Positions 6,886 through 13,911 of a stretch of DNA of 13,911 nucleotides are shown here, piece by piece; within the stretch, counting starts at the first letter, position 1, and each line of letters begins with the position of its first letter. The stretch lies in IMG/VR virus record IMGVR_UViG_2609459774_000004. One strand, given 5' to 3'. The translations under genes and the position numbers were made by a program. The notes under the pieces are model-generated. The model had not been told where the DNA came from. It ran no database searches and worked only from the letters and a program-made list of their open reading frames with translations. The stretch comes from a virus (lineage: Duplodnaviria > Heunggongvirae > Uroviricota > Caudoviricetes).

Positions 6886-7333
6886 TTACTCCAGGTCTGC
6901 GGCAAGTAAGGCTCGCTGTGAGCATTGTTCAGGTACGGGATTTTATAATGTATTGCGCGAAGTGGTGAAACACTACAGACGCGGGGAATCTGTAATCAAG
7001 GAAGAATGGGTGAAGGAACTATGTCAGCATTGCCATGGTAAGGGCGAAGCCAGCACAGCGTGCAGAGGGTGTAAGGGTAAAGGGATTGTTCTGGATGAAA
7101 AAAGAACCCGGTTTCATGGCGTACCGGTATATAAGATTTGTGGGCGTTGTAATGGAAACCGGTTTAGTCGTTTACCGACCACGCTGGCACGACGTCATGT
7201 CCAGAAGCTGGTACCAGACCTGACCGATTATCAGTGGTATAAGGGGTATGCGGACGTCATTGGTAAACTGGTAACAAAGTGCTGGCAGGAAGAAGCATAC
7301 GCGGAAGCGCAATTGAGGAAGGTGACGAGATAA
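6866..7333 (+). CDS. Cys-rich zinc-finger ORF (four CxxCxGxG/R DnaJ-like repeats), 155 aa; possibly the 3' remnant of a Q-like late antiterminator
   Basis: Repeats CEHCSGTG, CQHCHGKG, CRGCKGKG, CGRCNGNR. Only a GTG start with no Shine-Dalgarno and no internal ATG; upstream in-frame stop at 6824-6826. It occupies the position of quuQ relative to cspF/cspB/essQ in Qin. Could equally be annotated as a pseudogene. Confidence 0.4.
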   Translation: MSFAFADYSRSAASKARCEHCSGTGFYNVLREVVKHYRRGESVIKEEWVKELCQHCHGKGEASTACRGCKGKGIVLDEKRTRFHGVPVYKICGRCNGNRFSRLPTTLARRHVQKLVPDLTDYQWYKGYADVIGKLVTKCWQEEAYAEAQLRKVTR

Positions 7334-7364
7334 ATGATTTTTGCTGAAGATGGCGACATGATGT

Positions 7365-7393
7365 TTGCATTTTTCAAAAAATATGGATAAAAT
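7365..7393 (+). promoter_or_regulatory. Near-consensus sigma-70 promoter (TTGCAT-17-TAAAAT), candidate late promoter (pR'-like)
   Basis: -35 TTGCAT at 7365-7370, 17-nt spacer, -10 TAAAAT at 7388-7393, about 30 nt after the Cys-rich ORF stop, where lambdoid late promoters sit. Confidence 0.45.
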
Positions 7394-7437
7394 TTTTTCA
7401 ACGATGGGCTTTGTATACCCGACGTTAAGAAAAAGTA

Positions 7438-7463
7438 GAAAACCTGCTGATGAGCGGGTTTTG
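7438..7463 (+). terminator. Hairpin with U-rich tail about 45 nt downstream of the candidate late promoter (tR'-like)
   Basis: AAAACCUGC-ugauga-GCGGGUUUU: 6-bp core stem with one G-U pair, extended by A/U pairs, followed by a G then more Us. Weak as an intrinsic terminator. Confidence 0.35.
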
Positions 7464-7754
7464 TGCTTTAAATGGGGCAATGGTAATGTTGAATCTCATC
7501 CCGGGACTCATGTCTGTTAACTTATTATTTAGCTGGTGACTTGGTTATTTGCCTGATGTTTAAAATGTTTTCTTCCAGTACAATGTCCCTAAACACAATG
7601 AGTCTGCTTATTATATTATTAGCAGAGCTATTACGGCCAAAGTACAGCATAAGCTTTTAAAGCCAATCAACCAGTCATCAAGACAGACGGGGTTATTCAT
7701 AAAAACTCTCCATGTGTGATCCGATGGGGCCTGAAATTAAAGCTTTAATATAGC

Positions 7755-7967
7755 TCATGAAAGGTAAACATTGGCAGCTGAAGGGCCACGCAGACCATTT
7801 ATCCGGCAAAATTCCACGCGTAATCCGGTGGTAATTTCTTCTGCATCGCGGAGATTGAGCGCTGAAACATGAAGCTGGACATCGATACGACCATCGGATG
7901 GGGTGATAAGACCCTTGCCGCTTTTGCCGTCAAAGGTTTTGACAATTCCTGTCATTTTACGGGACAA
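7755..7967 (-). CDS. cspF: Cold-shock-domain protein, CspF/CspH subfamily, 70 aa
   Basis: [27 protein letters not shown]...[20 protein letters not shown] matches the CspF/CspH pattern I recall. Divergent from a cspB-like gene as in Qin. cspF versus cspH cannot be resolved by eye. Confidence 0.85.
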
Positions 7968-8267
7968 AAAAATTCCTTAATACTGATAACTTGGCGCACT
8001 ATACACACGTTCCTGAAGAAAGCTATAGTTTTTTGATGGGGTTGAAGATGGCTGGATGTCTAAAATAAACATTGCTTCATATGTTCAACTATGCGTTAAT
8101 GATTGCGTCGGTTTGAAGAACAGACGATATACGAAGTAGTTTACTAAAGCAGTTCTCATTTCAGGTGTTATTCACTTATTCCTTCTTTGAGTCTCTCCAA
8201 TTAAGTACGAAGTCGTTTCTGTTATGCAAACCATTTATGCCGAAAGGCTCAAGTTAAGGAATGTAGA
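7968..8267. promoter_or_regulatory. Divergent promoter and long 5'-UTR region between the cspF-like and cspB-like genes
   Basis: 300-bp AT-rich intergenic region between divergent cold-shock genes; cspA-family genes typically have long 5' leaders. No specific element mapped. Confidence 0.35.
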
Positions 8268-8483
8268 ATGTCAAATAAAATGACTGGTTTAGTAAAATGG
8301 TTTAACGCTGATAAAGGTTTCGGCTTTATTTCTCCTGTTGATGGTAGTAAAGATGTGTTTGTGCATTTTTCTGCGATTCAGAATGATAATTATCGAACCT
8401 TATTTGAAGGTCAAAAGGTTACCTTCTCTATAGAGAGTGGTGCTAAAGGTCCTGCAGCAGCAAATGTCATCATTACTGATTAA
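8268..8483 (+). CDS. cspB: Cold-shock protein CspB-like, 71 aa
   Basis: [67 protein letters not shown]... carries the RNP1/RNP2 motifs of the CspA family and the CspB-type variable residues. AAGGAA Shine-Dalgarno upstream. Confidence 0.9.
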   Translation: MSNKMTGLVKWFNADKGFGFISPVDGSKDVFVHFSAIQNDNYRTLFEGQKVTFSIESGAKGPAAANVIITD

Positions 8484-8764
8484 AATTCATCGCTCGTCTG
8501 TATACGATAACGAAGAAGGCTGATGCCTGAGTAGAGATACGGACAGAGTAGTGAATATTGGATCTCTTTAATAAAAAGTAAGGAGGTCCAATACATGAAA
8601 CAATGGCTAGCATATTTGGCAAAATCTTAATCAGGAAAAGTATGCTAACCATTGTGGTGAAGTGCAGGTTTGCTGCATGAATAGTTTTACAGCAGAAGCT
8701 AACTGCTGGCATGGCAAAACAAAGTGCGTAAGTGGATGACTCCCACAAAAAGCACCACAATCTC

Positions 8765-8790
8765 AAACCCGCTCAGGCGGGTTTTTTATT
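8765..8790 (+). terminator. Rho-independent terminator (possibly bidirectional)
   Basis: AAACCCGC-ucag-GCGGGUUUUUUAUU: 8-bp GC-rich stem, tetraloop, U6 tail, preceded by an A-tract. Lies downstream of cspB on the plus strand and of the 56-aa zinc-ribbon gene on the minus strand. Confidence 0.6.
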
Positions 8791-8846
8791 ATCTGCTTTA
8801 AATATATTATTAAAATATAAAAAATACTTGTTACTAATAAAATCAA

Positions 8847-9017
8847 TCAGGCTACAGCTTTAAGATTTGTCTGGAATACTTTGTTGCAATGAGGGCAGAT
8901 CAAAAGGGCACCTTTTTGTACTCTTGAAAAACTGTGTTCTGACTCTTGGGTGCAGTTTGGGCAGGAACATTTAACGAGATAATTACGGCGTGATTTTGAG
9001 TTTTTACGTTCTGACAT
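8847..9017 (-). CDS. Small zinc-ribbon protein (C-x-C-x2-C ... C-x2-C), 56 aa; YnfU/YmcF-like
   Basis: Internal Met of track ORF 8847..9068: MSERKNSKSRRNYLVKCSCPNCTQESEHSFSRVQKGALLICPHCNKVFQTNLKAVA. AGGAA Shine-Dalgarno 6 nt upstream. Family name from memory of csp-adjacent small proteins in K-12; not verified. Confidence 0.5.
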   Translation of the reverse strand: MSERKNSKSRRNYLVKCSCPNCTQESEHSFSRVQKGALLICPHCNKVFQTNLKAVA

Positions 9018-9236
9018 AGGCTTTTCCTGTATAAATGGCCGTATACAGTACACTAAATATGAAAACATTTCTCGTATTATTATTTTATATATGACTTTCT
9101 TTCAAAATAATTACCCACATTTTTAATGTGTATGTTTTTTTAGCGCCGTTGAGAACAACGTGTGCTGTCAAAACTACCCCGTAGACTCCGATCTTTTCAA
9201 ACATATTGCACCATCCGTGTACATCGGGGTGAGGAT

Positions 9237-9452
9237 ATGAAATCAATGGATAAGTTAACAACAGGTGTTGCCTATGGCACATCGGCGGGTAATGCTGGTT
9301 TCTGGGCATTGCAGTTACTCGATAAAGTAACTCCGTCACAGTGGGCTGCAATCGGTGTGCTGGGTAGCCTGGTTTTTGGCCTGCTGACGTATCTGACAAA
9401 TCTTTATTTCAAGATTAAAGAAGACAGGCGTAAGGCTGCGAGAGGAGAGTAA
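9237..9452 (+). CDS. essQ: Class II holin (S21-type pinholin) with dual-start motif MKSM, 71 aa
   Basis: Internal Met of track ORF 9162..9452 with GAGGA Shine-Dalgarno. [29 protein letters not shown]...[13 protein letters not shown] resembles EssD/EssQ and phage 21 S. Met1 and Met4 give the antiholin/holin dual start. Symbol assigned by synteny. Confidence 0.85.
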   Translation: MKSMDKLTTGVAYGTSAGNAGFWALQLLDKVTPSQWAAIGVLGSLVFGLLTYLTNLYFKIKEDRRKAARGE

Positions 9453-9456
9453 TCCA

Positions 9457-9764
9457 ATGACTCAAGACTATGAACTGGTTGTGAAAGGAGTCCGTAATTT
9501 TGAGAATAAAGTTACGGTAACTGTAGCCTTACAGGACAAAGAACGCTTTGACGGTGAAATTTTTGACCTGGATGTCGCCATGGACCGTGTTGAAGGAGCT
9601 GCGCTGGAGTTTTATGAGGCAGCAGCCAGAAGGAGCGTCCGGCAAGTCTTCCTGGAAGTAGCAGAAAAATTGTCAGAAAAAGTTGAGTCTTATCTGCAGC
9701 ATCAATACTCCTTTAAGATTGAAAATCCTGCCAATAAGCACGAGCGTCCTCATCATAAATATCT

Positions 9765-9768
<4 letters not shown>
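9457..9768 (+). CDS. ydfR: YdfR-like protein (DUF1327-type), 103 aa, inside the lysis cassette
   Basis: AGGAGAG Shine-Dalgarno. 103 aa between holin and endolysin, as ydfR is in Qin. Its stop overlaps the endolysin start (ATGA). Confidence 0.75.
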
Positions 9769-10792
<1,024 letters not shown>

Positions 10793-11155
10793 GGTAATAT
10801 TAAATCGGAACATTTACATCGCGGAATGTAAAATTTAAATAAAAAGGACTCTTCCATGAGCCAAAATTCCTGAAATCTTAAGGGTAAGATAAAAGGTCTT
10901 AATCAGAATGACACGTTTTATTAATAAATAAAGCTATTCTTTCATTGCTGTGTTTTTCTTTACAAAAGTAATCCTTGCTATGGGTGGTTAATCATGAGTT
11001 AATGGTGTTCTGGTTTGTTACAAATTTATCTGAAGCAGTCATTGTTATAATTTTATTATTTGTACCTCTTGAGATTTCCTTGTTGGTTTTTCTCTCTGAT
11101 ATTTTTTTTTCGGACCATTCTGCCCAAGGGCTAATTTCTTCAAAAGGTAATAATT

Positions 11156-11368
11156 ATGTCTAACAAAATGACTGGTTTAGTGAAATGGTTTAACCCTGAA
11201 AAAGGTTTTGGTTTCATCACGCCGAAAGATGGCAGCAAAGATGTGTTTGTCCATTTCTCAGCAATTCAGAGCAACGATTTCAAAACATTAACTGAGAATC
11301 AGGAAGTTGAATTTGGTATTGAGAACGGACCTAAAGGTCCTGCCGCTGTTCATGTAGTGGCGCTTTGA
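11156..11368 (+). CDS. cspI: Cold-shock protein CspI, 70 aa
   Basis: [70 protein letters not shown] matches CspI of Qin as I recall it. Long AT-rich 5' leader upstream. Confidence 0.9.
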   Translation: MSNKMTGLVKWFNPEKGFGFITPKDGSKDVFVHFSAIQSNDFKTLTENQEVEFGIENGPKGPAAVHVVAL

Positions 11369-11567
11369 GGTAGACAATATTACAAACCATATTCACTTTA
11401 GATGCCCGTGTTGTCATGGTTCCCAGTATAGAACATCATCTTTTGATGTTTCTGACATGAATCCTTTCGGGGCAAAATGTATCTTTTGTAAATCAATGAT
11501 GATTACATTTGATAATATTTCACAATACTTAAATGTTAGCCATCTGTCGTTAGATTTAAGAAAGTGA
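11358..11567 (+). other. Candidate second small zinc-ribbon ORF (paralog of the 8847..9017 protein) with no canonical start upstream of its Cys motifs
   Basis: Hand-translated frame: ...HFRCPCCHGSQYRTSSFDVSDMNPFGAKCIFCKSMMITFDNISQYLNVSHLSLDLRK*. Cys spacing (C-x-CC ... C-x2-C, with SF in the linker) parallels the 56-aa protein. The only ATG is at 11457, after the first Cys cluster. The stop is 8 nt before the terminator hairpin. May be a degenerate paralog or use a non-canonical start. Confidence 0.25.
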
Positions 11568-11574
11568 AAATGAA

Positions 11575-11597
11575 GGCTCCTTCGGGAGCTTTTTTGC
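11575..11597 (+). terminator. Rho-independent terminator after the cspI unit
   Basis: GGCUCC-uucg-GGAGCU followed by UUUUU: 5-6 bp stem with UUCG tetraloop and U-tract. Confidence 0.5.
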
Positions 11598-11638
11598 TTA
11601 GTGTCTAGTCGATGGATACTCACATATTACGGTAACAT

Positions 11639-11869
11639 ATGAAAAAAATAATAGTTTTTTTTAACTCTGAACCAGCAATGGTAGTGCCAGTGATGACCGG
11701 AGTTAACACCATCATGCGTGAATACCCAAATGGCGAAACAACACACCTCACTGTAATGGCTGCAGGGTTTCCATCTCTGACCGGAGATCATAAAGTCATT
11801 TATGTAGCAGCGGATCGACATGTAACTTCAGAAGAAATTCTGGAAGCAGCAATGAGACTCTTGAATTGA
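11639..11869 (+). CDS. ynfN: YnfN/YmcE-like small protein, 76 aa
   Basis: Track ORF. Lies between cspI and gnsB, where ynfN lies in Qin (ymcE-gnsA is the paralogous pair). Weak Shine-Dalgarno. Assigned by position and size only. Confidence 0.55.
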   Translation: MKKIIVFFNSEPAMVVPVMTGVNTIMREYPNGETTHLTVMAAGFPSLTGDHKVIYVAADRHVTSEEILEAAMRLLN

Positions 11870-12041
11870 TTTGATTCTAATGCATTGATAATAAATGATA
11901 ATCATCTTTATCTGTTTGTGTGAAATTTAGACCGTCGTATGTTGATTATTGCGATGTTTCATCTTATCTTTTATACGTTTGCTCCATATAATTGACACTA
12001 CTGTGTACCAGGACAGTCATAACAGACTAAAAGAGGAAATG

Positions 12042-12215
12042 ATGAACATTGAAGAGTTAAAAACAAAAACAGAAGCAGATATTTCTGAATATATAACAAA
12101 AAAAATCATTGAGCTTAAGAAAAAGACCGGGAAAGAAGTTACCAGTATCCAGTTTACTGCACGGGAAAAAATGACTGGTCTTGAAAGCTATGATATCAAG
12201 ATTGATTTAATCTAG
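12042..12215 (+). CDS. gnsB: GnsA/GnsB-family protein, 57 aa
   Basis: Internal start of track ORF 11949..12215. AGAGGAA Shine-Dalgarno then ATGATG. MNIEELKTKTEADISEYITKKIIELKKKTGKEVTSIQFTAREKMTGLESYDIKIDLI matches the Gns family pattern MNIEELKK...FTAREKMTGLESYD. Confidence 0.8.
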   Translation: MNIEELKTKTEADISEYITKKIIELKKKTGKEVTSIQFTAREKMTGLESYDIKIDLI

Positions 12216-12510
12216 TATGTTTATAGTATTAGCATCAATTTCTCATCAGATGCTATTCAACAATACAAATTACCCATAAACCTCGTTTTTACGGGGTTTT
12301 GTTATATTTAAACATTACCGAATAGATATAAATCTCGATTGTCGATGGTATTGGTTGTGTGACAATACCTAGTCTTTCCGGTATGCCTGAAGAGAATACA
12401 AACGACAGATTATGTAAGGGAAACGCGCTGAAACTTTCACTCTTTCATGCTGAGTGATTTGACGTTATATTTTTAGCCGCAAGTGAAGAGCAAACGAATG
12501 GAGCGACAAA

Positions 12511-12717
12511 ATGCATAAAGATCAATACATTGATACCCCCTCCCAGGAGCAGGTTCGTGTAAAAACTATGCTTAATAGCACCATTTCGATGGGTTACCCG
12601 GATGTTGTAATTGCATGTATAGAACATCAAGTATCTCTGGAAGCATTCAGGGCAATTGAGGCCGCGTTAGTAAAGCACGATAAGAATACGAAGGATTATT
12701 CCCTGTTGGTTGACTGA
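12511..12717 (+). CDS. Hypothetical protein, 68 aa, at the ydfO position; possibly the N-terminal part of a frameshifted gene
   Basis: GGAG Shine-Dalgarno 8 nt upstream of the ATG. After the stop an open reading frame continues in another frame for about 85 codons (12717 to about 12980) without a start codon. Confidence 0.45.
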   Translation: MHKDQYIDTPSQEQVRVKTMLNSTISMGYPDVVIACIEHQVSLEAFRAIEAALVKHDKNTKDYSLLVD

Positions 12718-13074
12718 TCACCATAACTGCTAACCATTCTGACCATTTCACAAGTGACAGAGTCAATATCGTATTCTGTCACTGTCAGGCTAATACAGTA
12801 CTGCAATTCAACTACAGCAATGCCTCGTATTTAGGTGAATTTACAATATCGTTCTATTCGGATACCAACTGCATTTCTGAAGATAAGGCATTTCGGTTCG
12901 CGTATTTTCCCCTCATGCTCGTCAGTCCTGCGCGTAGTAAGAAACAGGACACTCACACTAATTTGTGTGGGCATGCTGTGATGTCCTTCTGAATTATCCC
13001 CATGCCATTATGTAAAGCTCTGTTTCAGATGCTCGTCACGGTTGTCAGGCTGTCGGGTCCTCCCAGTGGGGGTC

Positions 13075-13105
13075 CCTGCCACGGGGCGGGAGCGTCGCGG
13101 AAAAA
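13075..13105. other. cos-like sequence (lambdoid cosN-like GC-rich core)
   Basis: ACGGGGCGGGAGCGTCGCGG at 13081-13100 resembles the lambda cosN region (ACGGGGCGGCGACCTCGCGGG as I recall it). Lies downstream of the lysis/moron region where cos precedes the terminase small-subunit gene in lambdoid phages. Confidence 0.35.
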
Positions 13106-13348
13106 GGCTAGTTTTTGCATTTCCATGGCGGCGGCAGCATGTTTGGTAATTTATTGATAATTAAAAGTTATTTATCTTTTCACCTGTACAATATTTTTTT
13201 CTCCCTGTCATTAGACCAGTTTACAATTAATTGAAATATATAAATAAACATGATTTTTAGACTGGCCCCCTGAATCTCCAGACAACCAGTATCACTTAAA
13301 TAAGTGATAGTCTTAATACTAGTTTTTAGACTAGTCATTGGAGAACAG

Positions 13349-13714
13349 ATGATTGATGTCTTAGGGCCGGAGAAACGCAGACGGCGTACCACACAGGAAA
13401 AGATCGCAATTGTTCAGCAGAGCTTTGAACCGGGGATGACGGTCTCCCTCGTTGCCCGGCAACATGGTGTAGCAGCCAGCCAGTTATTTCTCTGGCGTAA
13501 GCAATACCAGGAAGGAAGTCTTACTGCTGTCGCCGCCGGAGAACAGGTTGTTCCTGCCTCTGAACTTGCTGCCGCCATGAAGCAGATTAAAGAACTCCAG
13601 CGCCTGCTCGGCAAGAAAACGATGGAAAATGAACTCCTCAAAGAAGCCGTTGAATATGGACGGGCAAAAAAGTGGATAGCGCACGCGCCCTTATTGCCCG
13701 GGGATGGGGAGTAA
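13349..13714 (+). CDS. insC: IS2 transposase OrfA (InsC), 121 aa
   Basis: Internal ATG of track ORF 13304..13714. [56 protein letters not shown]... is the IS2 InsC HTH protein. Confidence 0.9.
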
Positions 13715-13911
13715 GCTTAGTCAGCCGTTGTCTCCGGGTGTCGCGTGCGCAGTTGCACGTCATTCTCAGACGAACCGATGACTGGATGGATGGCCGCCGC
13801 AGTCGTCACACTGATGATACGGATGTGCTTCTCCGTATACACCATGTTATCGGAGAGCTGCCCACGTATGGTTATCGTCGGGTATGGGCGCTGCTTCGCA
13901 GACAGGCAGAA
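13666..13911 (+). CDS. insD: IS2 transposase OrfB (InsD), N-terminal part in the -1 frame, truncated by the window end
   Basis: Slippery heptamer A-AAA-AAG at 13666-13672 near the end of insC. The -1 frame reads [82 protein letters not shown] to the last base of the window. Confidence 0.75.

Larger units (their letters stand above)
13258..13911 (+). mobile_element. IS2 (IS3 family), left end and 5' portion; continues beyond the window
   Basis: Sequence from 13258 (TAGACTGGCCCCCTGAATCTCCAGACAACC...) matches the IS2 left inverted repeat as I recall it, followed by insC and the start of insD with the A-AAA-AAG slippery site. Confidence 0.85.

Noticed and set aside
7035-7480. ORFs 7035..7223 (+) and 7172..7480 (-)
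   Set aside because: The first is an alternative frame inside the Cys-rich ORF. The second runs antisense through the ORF end and the candidate late promoter, with junk-like composition.
8473-8766. Minus-strand 97-aa ORF starting inside the terminator hairpin
   Set aside because: Cys/Phe-rich low-complexity translation, starts within the terminator stem, and lies antisense to the region carrying the mini-ORFs with strong Shine-Dalgarno sites.
10975-11163. Plus-strand 62-aa ORF upstream of cspI
   Set aside because: Lies in the AT-rich cspI leader, hydrophobic junk-like sequence, no ribosome-binding site. Better explained as the long 5' UTR typical of cspA-family genes.
11414-11821. Minus-strand ORFs 11414..11623 and 11627..11821
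   Set aside because: The first is antisense to the zinc-ribbon-like frame and the terminator. The second is antisense to the ynfN-like gene.
12445-12630. Minus-strand 61-aa ORF
   Set aside because: Antisense to the start of the 68-aa plus-strand ORF, which has a proper Shine-Dalgarno.
13180-13684. Minus-strand ORFs 13180..13392, 13414..13641, 13484..13684
   Set aside because: They lie across the IS2 inverted repeat or antisense to insC; IS2 coding is on the plus strand.

Overview
This 13.9-kb window is the core of a Qin (dic-locus)-type lambdoid cryptic prophage of Escherichia/Shigella, with the early-left operon on the minus strand. I do not find a convincing previously undescribed multi-gene system; almost everything maps onto known Qin/dic biology. 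Left to right: an intact tyrosine integrase, an excisionase-like gene, a large exonuclease-VIII-like gene, ydfD, dicB, the DicF sRNA, ydfC/ydfB/ydfA, the DicA repressor and the divergent Cro-like dicC with repeated operator palindromes. Next comes a truncated YdaT/CII-like ORF overlapping a start-less Cys-rich ORF, which looks like a deletion junction where replication, nin and toxin-antitoxin genes would normally sit. Then a near-consensus late-type promoter with a hairpin, cold-shock morons (cspF-like, cspB-like), a pinholin / ydfR / SAR-endolysin / Rz-Rz1 lysis cassette, cspI, a ynfN-like gene, gnsB, a ydfO-position ORF, a cos-like site and the left end of IS2 (insC complete, insD cut by the window end). 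No CRISPR array, tRNA or rRNA was seen. The least explained items are the domain architecture of the 823-aa exonuclease, the start-less zinc-finger ORF at the junction, two small zinc-ribbon paralogs next to csp genes, and the long structured leader upstream of DicF. Gene names rest on my recollection of E. coli K-12 Qin gene order, protein lengths and a few sequences, not on any search. Coordinates I derived by hand (promoters, operators, terminators, IS2 end, cos) may be off by a base or two.
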